From Malacoraja senta (taxonomy: Eukaryota): 64,000 nt of DNA. The DNA lies in NCBI GenBank assembly GCA_038087875.1, contig CM075996.1, positions 7,504,001 to 7,568,000 of the forward strand. Direction: 5' to 3'. The notes under the pieces are model-generated. The model searched no databases. It was given only the letters and a program-made list of their open reading frames with translations, and had not been told where the DNA came from. The position numbers were made by a program, and so were the translations under genes. Shown here in pieces: positions 1 to 13,638 of this stretch (the first letter of the stretch is position 1; each line of letters starts with the position of its first letter).

Positions 1-959
1 CTCCAGCATTTTTGTGTACCCTGGCTAGACCTTGTCTGCCGAAGATACACAAAGTGCTGGAGCAACTCAACAACCCCCCCCCCCCCAACCCCCACATCAG
101 TCTGAAGAAGGTTCTCGACCCGAAACGTCACCTATTCCTTTTCGCTTCATAGATGCTGCCTCACCCGCTGAGTTTCTCCAGCATTTTTGTCTACTTTCGA
201 TTTTTCCAGCAACTGCAGTTCTTTCTTAAACCGAGCAGCTCAACAGGTCAGTCAACATCTCTGGAGAGCATAGATAGGTAACGTTTCGGGTCGGGACCTT
301 TCTTCGCACTGCCAGTCTGAAGAAAGGTCTCGACCTGAAAACATCGCCAATCCATGTTCTCCAGAGATGCTGCCTGACACGTGAAGTTACTCCAGCACTT
401 TCTGTCCATCTTTGGTAGAAACCAACATCTGCAGTTCTTTGTTTCTTGACGTTTTGCCAAAACTGGTTGGCGAGACGCCGACTTGACTTTGGAGATACAG
501 TGTGGAAACAGGCCCGTCGACCCACCGAGTCCATGCTGACCAAACCACCCAGAATACCACCACTATCCTACACACTGGGGACAATTTATAATTTGGGGTT
601 GTATCTGAGACGGTCATGGGGAGATGAGAATGTGGACATTGCTCAACAACCTCTGCTGAGAGGTGGGGGGGGGGGGGGGGGGGGGGTCCAGAACGCTAGA
701 GCTTCATTGCTGCCTTCATACAAAGGGAGGGATGGAAATCTAGACACCTTTCCACAAACACTCTTGTAATGGGGGGGGGGGGGGGGGGGAAGAGGTTACA
801 TCAAGCTTGTGATGAATAGTGTACAAAATTATGGAGAGAATAGATCGGGTAGACGTGCCTATCTCTTGCCCTGAGTTGGGGAATCGAACATCAGAGGCCA
901 TAGGAAGTAAGGTGAGGGGGGAAAGATTTAGTTTAGTTTAGAGATACAGCGCGGAACAG

Positions 960-1159
960 NNNNNNNNNNNNNNNNNNNNNNNNNNNNNNNNNNNNNNNNN
1001 NNNNNNNNNNNNNNNNNNNNNNNNNNNNNNNNNNNNNNNNNNNNNNNNNNNNNNNNNNNNNNNNNNNNNNNNNNNNNNNNNNNNNNNNNNNNNNNNNNNN
1101 NNNNNNNNNNNNNNNNNNNNNNNNNNNNNNNNNNNNNNNNNNNNNNNNNNNNNNNNNNN
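960..1159. other. Assembly gap (200 N)
   Basis: Run of N. Confidence 1.
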
Positions 1160-2369
1160 ATTTATAACATCGCCCGGGGGGTATCGCCTCAGCGCAGAGG
1201 GAGAAGAGGAGGGAAGAGACTGCAGACCGAAGACTTTTGCCTCCATCACAGTGAGGAGATGCTGGGTGGACTCACTGTGGTGGATGTTAATATGTGTTTA
1301 TTGTTGTTTTTATTGTATTATATGTATGACTGCTGCAATTTCGTCCAGACTTCGGTCTGAACGACAATAAAGGCTATCTATCTATCCCTCCTAACCCCAT
1401 TCTCCTGCCTTCTCCCCATAACCCCGTACTAATCAAGAATCTATCTCAGCCTTAATAAAATATCCATTGACTTGGCCTCCACAGCCGTCTGTGGCAAAGA
1501 ATTTCACAGATTCACCACCCTCTGGCTAAAGAAATTCCTCCTCATCTCCTTCGTAAAGGCATTCTGAGGCTTTGACCTCTGGTCTGAGAATCTCCCACTA
1601 TGCATCCTCTCCACATCCACCCTATCCAAGCCTTTCACTATTCGGTAAGTTTCTATGAGGTTCCCCCCCTCATCCTTTGAAACTCCAGCGAGTACAGGCC
1701 CAGTGCCATCAAAACGCTGAACTAAACTACAGCTTGGTTCAAGAGCAGGGGACTTTTCCGCAGTGCCCAAGGGCCAACATTTATCACTCATCTAAGATCA
1801 CTGACTCGAGATATCTGCTTGCTTTCTCACCGCTGTTTGTGGTGTGTGCCGTGTACAAATTGGTTACAAGCTAAAACAAAATAGCTCGTTACCTTGCAAA
1901 TTGCTTTAGGACAAACATAAAATGTGTTTTTTTTTTAAAGAAACACGAGCTGCCTTTCTTTCCTATTTGTCTTGGCTTTGTGAAGAGCTCTTTTACACCT
2001 TTATCAATCCTAAACAGCATGTATTGGTCACACACGAGGGACAATTTACAATATTTCCAAGCCAATTAACCTACAAATCTGCGCGTCTTTGGAGTGTGGG
2101 AAGAAACCGGAGCCCCCGGAAAAAACCCACCCGGGTCACGAGGAGAACGTACAAACTCCGTACAGACAGCACCCGTGGTCAGGATCGAACCCGGGTCTCT
2201 GGCGCTGTGAGGCAGCAGCTCTACCCGCCGCTGTGCCACCGTGCTGCCCTTGATAAGGAGGATTAATAATAAGAGAGGTGATGCCATCTCCCCGGCCCGA
2301 CACCATCCCTGGGACACCTGGACAAGGGAGACAGCTGCTATCATAGACTCCTTCTACAGTTACACAGAG

Positions 2370-2848
2370 CTCTAGTGAGACCACACCTGGAGTATTGTGT
2401 GCAGTTTTGGTCCCCTAATTTGAGGAAGGACATTCTTGCTATTGAGGGAGTGCAGGGTAGGTTTACAAGGTTAATTCCTGGGATGGCGGGACTGTCATAT
2501 GCTGAGAGTGGAGCAGCTGGGCTTGTATACTCTGGAGTTTAGAAGGATGAGAGGGCATCTCATTGAAACATATAAGATTGTTAAGGGTTTGGACACGCTA
2601 GAGGCAGGAAACATGTTCCCGATGTTGGGGGAGTCCAGAACCAGGGGCCACAGTTTAAGAATAAGGAGTAAGCCATTTAGAACGGAGACGAGGAAACACT
2701 TTTTCTCACAGAGAATGGTGAGTCTGTGGAATTCTCTGCCTCAGAGGGCGGTGGAGGCCGGTTCTCTGGATGCTTTCAAGAGAGAGCTAGATAGGGCTCT
2801 TAAAAATAGCGGAGTCAGGGGATATGGGGAGAAGGCAGGAACGGGGTC
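2370..2848 (+). mobile_element. CR1/HER1-type LINE 3' fragment. Further copies at about 13725-14320, 31480-31820, 32150-32600, 33120-33680, 35160-35685(-), 51410-52080, 57646-58645, 61500-62250, 62735-63275(-)
   Basis: CR1 ORF2 C-terminus [10 protein letters not shown]…[21 protein letters not shown]…RTRGHSLRI…FFSQRVVSLWNSLP. Confidence 0.9.
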
Positions 2849-2849
2849 C

Positions 2850-3238
2850 GGCCCCCGCCTCACCCGTCCCGACGTAGTGCAGCCCATGGAGCGCAGCAGC
2901 AGCGCCTCGCCTGTGGCCCCGTCGGTCGGTCGGCAGCCCGGCCAGCTGTCCGACCTTCGGACCTTTGCTTGCCGCCGACACCACCACCCCTCCTTCTCAT
3001 AGCCGATCATCGGTTCATGAGTTGGATGGGGTGCCGGACTTTGCACACGGCGTCGCGCAGCCCGGGCCAAAACTCCTCAGCTGACCCGCCGGCTGGGCAT
3101 TGTGTGCAGTCCAGCATCCGGGCCAACTCATCATTCACCCAGCCACGGCCGAGTCGGTCAACGAATTGCCGTCGGGAATTTGTCCCTTATTTTGACCTTT
3201 TGTCCCTTATTTGGGAGTGAGAAAGTTGGCCACCCTAC
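2850..3238. mobile_element. CpG-rich DNA-transposon-like fragment with one AGGGTGGCCAACT-type terminus
   Basis: Ends in agttggccaccct after subterminal gtcccttatt repeats; the other end is not seen. Confidence 0.4.
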
Positions 3239-3799
3239 ACGAGGAAGGTGATTGACCTTCTGCCAACAACCTTTGGTAAATTGAGTTGGATTTGAACTTC
3301 ACTCTGCAGTTGCCGATGTAACAGATAAAGCTGTTATGTTCCTCCAGTCTGTGTGGATGACTCTAGGCTGACACCCACTGGACTGCTGAGGAAGTGCGGC
3401 AGAAGGCAACGCCTTCAGAACAGTGCATTAAATCTCTCAGGGAGAAGAGAGAAGAGAGAAGAGAGTCCATTTCAATGAAGACCTGAGGATGGAGGGGAGA
3501 GGAGAGGAGGAGGAGGAACAGATGGATGTGGTTGGGAATACCCATCCAACTCAATTTACAAGTCGTGGAAACAAAGAACTGCAGATGCTGCCCCATACCA
3601 AAGATAGACACAAAGTGCTGGAGTAACTCAGCGGGTCAGACAGGTGAGGACATATAGGGTCCTGACCCAAAACGTCACTCATCCTCTTTCTCCAGGGATG
3701 CTGCCTGACCCGCTGAGTTATTCCAGTATTTTGCATCTATCTTTGGTATAAACCTGCGTCTGTAGTTCTACACACACACACACTCGCAGATTCACACGC

Positions 3800-5250
3800 A
3801 TATGACTGTGCCTGAACCCCTCTGTCGGTGGATCACCAACTTCCTGACAGACAGGAAGCAGCATGTGAGGCTGGGAAAGCACATCTCGGACCCGCAAAGG
3901 CTCAGCATAGGAGCACCGCAAGGCTGCGTACTCTCTCCTCTCCTCTACTCTCTCTACACCAACGACTGCACCTCCACAGACACCTCTGTCAAGCTTCTCA
4001 AGTTTGCGGACGACACAACCCTGATTGGACTGATCCAGGATGGGGAGGAATCTGCCTACAGACAGGAAGTGACACAGCTGGCGTCCTGGTGCCATCGCAA
4101 CAACCTGGAGCTCAATGCTCTTAAGACAGTGGAATTGATTGTAGACTTTAGGAGAGCTCCCCCTCCCCTCCCCCCACTCACCATCAACAACACCACAATC
4201 ACATCTGTGGAGTCTTTTAAGTTCCTGGGAACCATCATCTCCAATCTTTTTTCTTTTCTTTTTAATTTATTAGAAGTATTTTACATTACAGTAATCTGCA
4301 ATAACGTAAATTTATACAGTTCTTGTACCACTTCTGTTTTTCAACTTTAATAGAAAGAAAGGATAGAAAGAGCTAGCAAAGACAGTCAGTGAGTGAATGA
4401 AAAAGTGGTCCAGGAACACACATGTGAACCTAAACCACATGAAGTAGTTAAAGAAGAAAAGAAAAAGAGAAAATAAAAAGAAAATAAGATAGGACAATAT
4501 GAAAGGGATGCACCTACTTCTTATCTTTACTCACCCCTCGCCAGGACCTAAAACCATTTATTATCATAATTTTGTTGCACCCTATGTTTGTAATAAGTCG
4601 ATATATGGATCATCTCCAATCTTAAGTGGGGGGCTACCATCGACTCCACAGTCAAAAAGGCCCAACAGAGGATGTACTTCCTGCGGCAGCTGAGGAAGCA
4701 CAATCTGCCACAGGCAATGATGGTCCAATTCTACACGGCCATCGTAGAGTCTGTTCTCACCTTCTCCATCATGGTCTGGTTTGGCTCAGCCACCAAGCAC
4801 GACACCTGGAGGCTGCAGCGAATCGTTCGATCAGCAGAGAAGGTTATTGGCTGCAACCTTCCCCCCATTGATGAACTGTACACTGCAAGGGCCAGGAAGC
4901 GAGCAGGCAAGATCATCTCTGACCCCTCTCACCCTGGCCACAAACTCTTTGAATCACTTCCCTCTGGAAGGCGACTCCGGACTGTCAAAGCTGCCACAGC
5001 CAGACATAAAATAGTTTTTATCCACGAGTAGTTGCTCTACTCAACAGCCAAAAATGTGTAGCCTCCCTTTGATCTGGTATTTTGTTGGTTCACATGCTTG
5101 ATCAACGGTGTTTTATCATTAATGTCTTATTATTATTAATGTTTAGTGTTTTCTGAGTCATTCGTAACTGTCACTGTGTGTCATGTTGTTACTTGTGGGC
5201 GGAGCACCAAGGCAAATTCCTTGTATGTGAATACTGGGCCAATAAACTTA
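3800..5250 (+). mobile_element. Rex1/Babar LINE RT fragment interrupted by an AT-rich (L1-tail-like) insertion at about 4247-4608
   Basis: GAPQGCVLSPLLYSLYTNDC…KFADDTT RT motifs; atcatctccaat is duplicated on both sides of the insert. Confidence 0.9.
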
Positions 5251-5669
5251 CTTACTTTCTTTTTTATTTTTTTTATTTTTATTTATTAGAAGTACATTAC
5301 ATTACAACCAATTACATTAGTACTCATCACGTATATCTTATTACAATTAATGTACTCCGTCATTTTTTACACTAATAAAAAGGAAAGGTTGAGATTAAGA
5401 AAAAAGAGAAAGTGAAGGAAAATAGTGAAGGTGAAAAAACATGACAACAGGAAAGAACAGAGACCCTGTAGAAAATAAATTAAGAAGAAAGGATTAAGAG
5501 ATAGACCCCAAAGAAGAAAAAAAAAAGAGAAAGAGGAAAAAAGAGAAAAACAAATACTTTATTATAAGCATCACGCAAATGGGATATACCAACTCTCCAG
5601 CTTACTTACTTTCTTATATTCACACACGCACACACACGTGCGCGCACACACATATTTCCAACATTTTTG

Positions 5670-6470
5670 ACAGCATATAATCCTCCAACATTTTCGCCAG
5701 CTCCAACGGGATCCCACTACTGGCGACATCTTCCCATCTCCACCCCTTTCTGCTTTCCGCAGAAACCGTTCCCCCCGTAACTCCCTGGTCCACTCGTCCC
5801 TTCCCAACCAAACCACCCCCTCCCCAGGTACTTTCCCCTGCAACCGCAGGAGATGCAACACCTGTCCCTTTACCTCCACCCTCGACTCCATCCAAGGACC
5901 CCGATAGTCTTTCCAGGTGAGGTAGAGGTTCACTTGCACCTCCTCCAACCTTATCTACTGTATCCGCTGTTCCAGGTGTCAACTCCTGTACATTGGCGAG
6001 ACCAAGCACAGGCTCGGCGATCGTTTCGCTGAACACCTCCGCTCAGTCCACCTAAACCTATCTGATCTCCTGGTTGCTCAGCACTTTAACTCCCCCTCCC
6101 ATTCCCACACTGACCTTTCTGTCCTGGGCCTCCTCCATTGTCAGTGAGGCCCAGCACAAATTGGAGGAACACCACCTCCTATTTCGCTTGGGCAGCTTAC
6201 ACCCCAGCGGTATGAACGTTGACTTCTCTAACTTCAAGTAGCCCTTCTTTTCCTTCTCTCTCCATCCCCTCCCCCTTCCCAGTTCTCCCACTAGTCTTAC
6301 TGTCTCCGACTACATTCTATCTCTGTCCCGCCCACTCCCCTGACATCAGTCTGAAGAAGGGTCTCGACCCGAAACCCATTCCTTCTCTCCAGAGATGCTG
6401 CCTGTCCTGCTGAGTTACTCCAGCATTTTGTGTCTACTTTCAATGTAAACCAGCATCTGCAGTTCTTTCC
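5670..6470 (+). mobile_element. Penelope-like element 3' fragment with GIY-YIG endonuclease remnant and terminal repeat
   Basis: Translates NLIYCIRCSRCQLLYIGETKHRLGDRFAEHLRSV, followed by the ctgaagaagggtctcgacccgaaac terminal motif. Confidence 0.85.
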
Positions 6471-7040
6471 TACACACATATACACATACACACATAAATT
6501 CACACATATACACACATACAAACACACAGGCACATACACACATATATATACAAAGACACATACACACACACACAAGCACACATACACACACACATATACA
6601 CACGCATACACATACACACACAGATACATAGACACATACACACACAAATGCACACACACACATATATAGACATACACACGCACACATATACACACACATA
6701 TACACACGCATACACATACACACACATATACAAAGACATACACACTAATATACAAAGACACAAACACACGTACACATATACAGACGCACACATACACACA
6801 CATATACAAAGCCACATGCACACACATATACACATATATACAAAGACATACACACACACACATATACAGACACGCACACACACATACATACACACACATA
6901 TATACAAAGCCACATATGCACACACATACACACATATATACAAAGACACACACACATATACAGACACGCACATACACACATACATACACACACACACACA
7001 CACATACATACAAAGACACATACAGATATGCACACGTACA
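6471..7040. repeat. Compound (CA/TA)n microsatellite about 120 bp upstream of the IGF start codon
   Basis: About 570 bp of alternating purine-pyrimidine sequence; it produces the spurious VCVY/HTHT ORFs. Confidence 0.95.
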
Positions 7041-7159
7041 CAGTGGAACAAAGTCCTCAGGTCAGGCTGTGTTAGCCTTGGCTGTGGTCTCCACTGGGTC
7101 AAAGTTGAGTGTCTGCACTGTGGATCTCCCCAGTCACTGCTGGTCCGGGACACTGCACA

Positions 7160-7237
7160 ATGATGGTGAGGCTGCTGTCCCTCAGCTCCACCGGGACCTC
7201 CCAGGACCCTGCTCTCACATGCCTGGACATATTCAAG
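7160..7237 (+). CDS. igf3: IGF prepropeptide exon 1 (MMVRLLSLSSTGTSQDPALTCLDIFK), signal-peptide N-part
   Basis: ATG at 7160; 26 codons end at the strong donor AAG|gtaagt (phase 0). The CLDIFK end resembles the IGF1 exon-1 end CDFLK. Phase matches the next exon. Confidence 0.75.
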
Positions 7238-8387
7238 GTAAGTCAGAACACTTCAAGCCATTCGGCAACTTCACACATTCAGTGCAATGATTTCCACGTC
7301 TTTGAAGCTTTGCAACAAACACACTGATACCGTTACCCTGCATCAGGGCGGAACGCTGGCGCAGCGGGTAGAGCTGCTGCCTCACAGCGCCGGAGAGCCG
7401 GGTTCGATCCCGACTATGGGCGCTGTCTGTGTGGAGTTTTGTACGTTCTCCCCGTGACCCGCGTGGGGTTTCTCCCGGTGCTCCAGATTCCTCCCACATC
7501 CCAAAGACCTGCAGGTTTGCAGGTTAATTGGCTTCTGTAAAAAAAATTACCCCTAGTGTGTAGGAATTGGATAAGAAAATGGGACAACACAGAACCAGTG
7601 TGTGAATGCATGATCGATGGTTGGTGTGGGACTCGGTGTGGGACTCAGTTTACAAGCAGTACCTCGAAACTAAGCTAATCTCATGGTAGACAAAAGTGCT
7701 GGAGAAACTCAGCGGGTGCAGCAGCATCTATGGAGCGAAGAAAATAGGCAACGTTTCGGGCCGAAACCCTTCTTCAGACTCACAGTATTTTGTGCAAAGT
7801 TCATTGGAGCTTACAGCACAACTGAGGCCATTCTGACCATCCTGGCTATCCTAGCTCATTGAAAGTCCCTTTGTTAATTAGCCCCATTCTCCCAATCCCC
7901 TCCCAAATCCTTGCAAATTTCAATCAATTCCCCATTTTGGAAAAATCCTCTTAAATCTACTTCCACTGTCCTTTTCTGCAGCATGTCATGGCAATGTTAA
8001 AAAAATATCATCTCTCTCTCTTTCCTCTTATCTCTCCCCCTGTCTCTCGGTTCTTTTGCCAAAGCTATGGACTGCGAACAGCCGTATTTGTGCATAGCGA
8101 GCTCATATAAACAATGGCAAGATGGAGTAAACAGTACAGAATAACTTCAGAGGTTGTATTGGTCAGGTAGGCGACAGTTTCGTTTAGTTTCGATAGAATT
8201 GTCTGTGGTCATTGAAGATATGAGATAGTGGTGTGTGGTATAGATTAAATATGATATATATGCCTGCTCTCAGAGCATTCTCATCAGTATGGGCAGTAGA
8301 GTGGTGTAGTGATCTAGTTGCTGCTTTACAGCGCCAGAGACCAGAGTTCGATCCTGACTACGGGTGCTGTCTGTACGGAGTTTGTAC

Positions 8388-8802
8388 CAGAGATCCTATA
8401 ACAAACAAGATAGATCATTCGACGAAAAAGACGTAGTATGGTCATGGGCAGATTCATGGGGAATTTTCGGCCCCATTTCCATAACCGACTTCCGTCTCCG
8501 CACCAAAGATCCCATAGCGGAGCAAGGATAACTAGTGCGGTGACGGAAGCCGGTTACGGAAACATCCTCGTAAAAATAAAAGTTATTTGGTAAAAATCTT
8601 CTCCTCATTTTCAGAATTATAATTTATTAACACAAACTGTTCCCCCGCAACGTTGATTACACTGCGGGTCGGGTCGGGTCGGGTCGGGTCTGGTTACTGA
8701 AATGGATGGAAAAAACGCCCATATTCCGCTCCGTTGCGTACTACACGTCAGCCCATTGCATTTAGCAGGAGTGGTCTATCTTGCTCCGCTATAGGATCTT
8801 TG
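8388..8802. mobile_element. hAT-type MITE nested in a SINE
   Basis: TIR cagagatcctata/tataggatctttg; degenerate 8-bp TSD gtttgtac/gtctgcac; same family as 42577-42960. Confidence 0.75.
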
Positions 8803-9128
8803 GTCTGCACGTTCTCCCCGTGTCCGCGTGGGTTTTCTCCGAGATCTTCGGTTTCCTCCCGCACTCCAAATACATGCAGGTACTCGGCGGGCCGAAGGGC
8901 CTGTTTCCGCGTTGTATCTCTAGACTAAACTAAACTAAACCTGTTCGACTGGAGAAAAGGAAGAGGTGACGAAGGAAGAGGAAACGTCACCTCTTCCTTT
9001 TCTCCAGAGATGCTGCCTGTCCCGCTCAGCTACTCCGGGCATTTTGTGTCTATTTTCGGTGTGAACCAGCATCAGCAGTTCCTTCCCACTGGAGAGACCC
9101 GAGACAGTTTTTCATGCTCTTTCCGCAG

Positions 9129-9288
9129 GCAGTTGGCTGCAACAGTGTGGTGCAGAAGTCTCTGTGTGTCGCGTTGGTTCTCACTGGCTGCCTGGGGGTT
9201 TCCACCACGAGGACTGAGGAGACACTGTGCGGGGCCGAGCTTGTGGACGCCCTGCAGTTTGTCTGTGCTGAGCGGGGCTTCTACTTTG
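9129..9288 (+). CDS. igf3: IGF exon 2: signal peptide h-region and B domain (…[24 protein letters not shown])
   Basis: Acceptor ctctttccgcag|, donor G|gtgagg (phase 1, the position seen in IGF1/IGF2 genes); unmistakable IGF B-domain motif. The symbol is inferred from synteny; family membership is certain. Confidence 0.95.
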
Positions 9289-12200
9289 GTGAGGACCCTC
9301 CCCACTTTGTCTTTGACTTTCACAGTGTTAACACGGAGAACACGGCTTCTACACCAGTCCGTAAGGTCATAAGTGATAGGAGCAGAATTAGGCCATTCGG
9401 CCCATCAAGTCTACTCCGCCATTCAATCATGATTGATCCATCCCTCCCTCCTAACCCCATTCTCCTGCCTTCTCTCCATAACCCCTGACACCCGTACTAA
9501 TCAAAGATTAGCTGCCTCAAAAAGGCTGGCAGCATCATCAAGGACCCACACCACCCTGGCCACACATTCATCTCCCCGCTGCCTTCAGGTAGAAGGTACA
9601 GGAGCCTGAAATCTGCAACATCCAGGTTCAGGAATAGCCACTTCCCCACAGCCATCAGGCTATTAAACTCAACTCAAACAAAACTCTGATCATTAACAGC
9701 CCATTGCACTTTATCTGTTTATTTATGTGTGTATATATATATATATTCAATGGTATATGGTCACACTGATCTGTTCTGTGTTTATTCATGCCTGCTATAT
9801 TCTGTTGTGCTGAAGCAAAGCAAGAATTTCATTGTCCTATCTGGGACACATGACAATAAACTCTCTTGAATCTTGAGGTAGACAAAAATGCTGGAGTAAC
9901 TCAGCGGGTGAGGGTGAGGCAGCATCTATGGAGCGAAGGAATAGGTGATGTTTCGGGTCAAGACCCTTCTTCAGACTGATGTCTACTCCCGTACTAATCA
10001 AGAACAGTTCAGCTGAGGGAAGGATTGCCCGCCCAGCATGGGGTGGCACAGCGGTAGAGTTACTGCCTTACAGCACCAGACACCCGGGTTCGATCCCGAC
10101 TGTGGGTTCTGACTGTGCGGAGTTTGCACGTTCTCCCCGTGACCCGCGTGGGTTTTCTCCGAGATCTTCGGTTTCCTCCCGCACTCCAAAGACGTGCAGG
10201 TTTGTTGGTTAATTGGCTTGGCGTTTTTATTTGTGTTTTTATTTGAAAATATTTTTTATTGGAGATAAGTACACAACATATTATCATCATTACAGTCTTA
10301 CATTTTTAAATTGATAATATTGTCAATTATTATTACATTGTCTCCAATACCTTTTGCCTTTTTTTTGTTTTTTTTAAACTAGATAGAACTAAAAAGATAG
10401 ATGAAGTAAAGAAAGAAAAGAGAAAGAAAAAAAAAAAAGAAGAAAAAAAAAGAAAACAGAAAAGAAAAAGATAGTTAAAGAAGAATTTATTAAGATAAAA
10501 AACTTCGTTCGAGATATATTCGTACATTTCAGAGTATAACATTTCATCCATTCTTTAGCCCGAGTGTTAGTCAGGAGTAAGTGTAAATTGTCCCTGGTGT
10601 GTAGGGTAGTGTTAGTACGCAGGGATCACCGGTCGGTGCGGACCCGGTGGGCTGAAGGGCCTGTTTCCGCGCTGTATCTCTAAACTAAACTAAACTAATG
10701 GGTAAATAAAGGCAGTATCTGTGGAGAGGGAAGTGGAGTCAACATTCCAGGATGTGTAGCGAGGAACTGCAGATGCTGGTTTACTCCGAAGATAGACACA
10801 AAGTGCTGGAGTAACTCAGCGGCCCAACTTGCCCACACCGGCCAACATGATCCATATCCTTCCAAACCTATTCTATCCATGTACCATATCTAACTGTTTC
10901 CTAAGTGTTGGGATGGCCCTTGTCTCAACTACCTCCTCCGGCAGCTTGTTCCATACACCCACCAACCTTTGTGTGTAAAAGTTACCCCTGGGATTCCTAT
11001 TAAATCTTTTCCCCTTCAGCTTGAACCTATGTCCTCTGGTCCTCGATTCACCTACTCTGGGCAAGAGACTCTGTACATCTACCCGATCTATTCCCCTCAT
11101 GATTTTAGTTGAGTTAGTTATTGTCACGTGTATCGAGGTGCATTGAAGTTGACCTTTCATCAGAAGTTAGGGATGAAATAAGTGTTAAGGTGCCGAGAAA
11201 GTAGGAAAGGAATGGTGAGAACTGCGTTTGAGTTTTGTTTCTTGTCACATGTACCGAGGTACAGTGAAAAGCTTTTTTTGTGTGCTAACCAGTCAGCAGA
11301 AAGACAGTACATGATTACAATCAATCGCCCACCGTGTACAGGTACACGATAAAGAGAATAATGTGAGTAAGGTAGACAAAAGTGCTGGAGAAACTCAGCG
11401 GGTGCAGCAGCATCTATGGAGCGAAGGAAATAGGCAACGTTTCGGGCCGAAACCCTTCTTGAGACGTGAGTAACGTTTAGTGCAAGATAAAGTCCAGTAA
11501 AGTCCAATCAAAGATAGCCCGAGGGTCTCCAATGAGGTAGATAGTGGTTCAGGACTGCTCGCTAGTTGTGGTGGGATGATTTAGTTGCCTCATTGCCTGG
11601 GAAGAAACTGTCCCTGAATCTGGAGGTGTGCGTTTTCACACTTCTGAACCTCTTGCCCGATGGGAGAGGGGAGAAGAGGGGAGTGGTCAGGGTGCGACTG
11701 GTCCTTGATTATGCTGCTGGCCTTGCCGAGGCAGCGTGAGGTGGAGACGGGTTCATTGCCGGAGGGCAAGTTTATGGAACTCAGGAGTGATTGAATGACG
11801 TGGCACTTGGATGGGTCAGTGGGGAGATGGTGGTAAACGCGAGGCAGTGGGAGGAGGGGTAACTAAGAGCTGAAATATAGTTAGGTCAGCACGGTGGCAC
11901 AGCGGTAAAGCTACTCCCTCACAGCACCAGGAACACTGGTCTGATCCTGACCTCGGGTGCTGCCTGTACGGAGTTTGTACGTTCTCCCTGTGACCGCGTG
12001 GGTTTCCTCTGGGTGCTCTGGTTTCCTCCCACATCCCAAAGACGAACGGGTTGGTAAATTAACTGTCCTCTGTAAAATTGCCCCTCGGGAGTGGATGCGA
12101 AAGTGGGAGAACATAGCACTAATGTGAACGGGTGATTGATGGTTGGCTTGGCCGAAGGGCCTGTTCCCATTCTGTATCTCCTAATTAAACTCAAATTGCT

Positions 12201-13494
12201 ATTGGTTACCTTTGATATTGCTCTCCATGCCATCACTTCCACTGATTGGATGGTTTCCATCCGTGTGTCTCAGATGATTGGCTCACTTCTACCTCATGTG
12301 TCATCGATTGGATGATTTCTATCCAATTTATTCGCCATTTACCTCCCATGATTGGATGAATCCTATCCAATGATGAATCCTATCCAATCATTGTTTGTCC
12401 TTACATTGACTCCATTCAGTCCTTGCCATGGGATTCCTATCCAATAGTTTCTTGGCTTAATAAGAAGGCCTGGATTCAAGGTGAAAGCAATGAGGTTTAA
12501 AGGGGATCTGAGGGGCATGTTTTTATTTGTACATATGGAACAGTTTAGGAAGGAATGGCAGATGCTCGTTTAAACTGATGACACAAAATGCTGGAGTAAC
12601 TCAGCGGGACAAGCAGCATCTCTGGAGAGGAATGGGTGATGTTTCAATCTGAAGAAGGGTCTCGACCAGAAACGTCATCCATTCCTTCTCTCCAGAGATG
12701 CCTGTCCCGCTGAATTACTCCAGCATTTTGTGTCTACCTTTAGGGCCTGTCCCACTTTCACGACCTAATTCACGACCTCTGCTGAGTTTGCCCTTGACTC
12801 ATACTCGCAGCATGGTCGTCACGAGGTCGTAGGAGGTCGTAGGTAGGTCGTAGCTGGCCGGGGCGTTTTTCTAGCCTGATGAATAAATGTCAACGAGTAA
12901 AAAAGATCGTGAATTAGGTCGTGGAAGTGGGACAGGGCCTTTTGTATTGAAAAGTTTCGTTTAGTTTTAGTTTAGAGATACAGCGCAGAAATAGGCCCTT
13001 CAGCCCACCGAGACCAGCCAACCCTGCGTATTAACACTATCCTACACACACTAGAGACAATTTACACCTATACCAAGCCAATTAACCTACAAACCTGTAC
13101 ATCTTTGCAGTGTGGGAGGAAACTGAAGATCTCGGGAAAACCCACGCAGGTCACGGGGGGAACGTACAAACTCCGTACAGACGGCACCCATAGCCAGGAT
13201 TGAACCCGGGTCTCTGGCAGTGTGAGGCAGCAACCCAACCGCTGCACCACCGTGCCGTCCTTCAGTTAATATCTGAGCCTTGCTGCCTGAGAAGGTGGTG
13301 GAATCAGATAAGAGGTATTTAGACAGACACTGAAACAAGCAAGGATAGAAGGATATGGTCCTAAGATGGGCAAAATGTCGGCATGGATCTAATGGATCAA
13401 AGGGCCCATTTCTGTGCTGTTCATGACTGTGGATCTTTGTCTCGGACACTGTCATCTTGCTGAACAATTTCCACCTTCAGCCGATAGTCATCAC

Positions 13495-13638
13495 CAAAGA
13501 ACCTATAGCGCCATGACAAAAGCAAAGATACTAGAGCGGAGAAGGAAGCCGGTTACGGAAATGGCGCTAAAGATTACCCATGACCCTACTACGGCTTTTT
13601 CGTCGAGTGGACTATCTTGCTCCACTATAGGATCTTTG
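13495..13638. mobile_element. Short hAT-type MITE
   Basis: TIR caaagaacctatag/ctataggatctttg with a perfect 8-bp TSD GTCATCAC. Confidence 0.85.

Noticed and set aside
6297..7290. Long VCVY/HTHT ORFs
   Set aside because: Translations of a CA/TA microsatellite.
7350..7425. tRNA genes
   Set aside because: The A/B boxes belong to SINE heads, followed by the SINE body; no complete cloverleaf.
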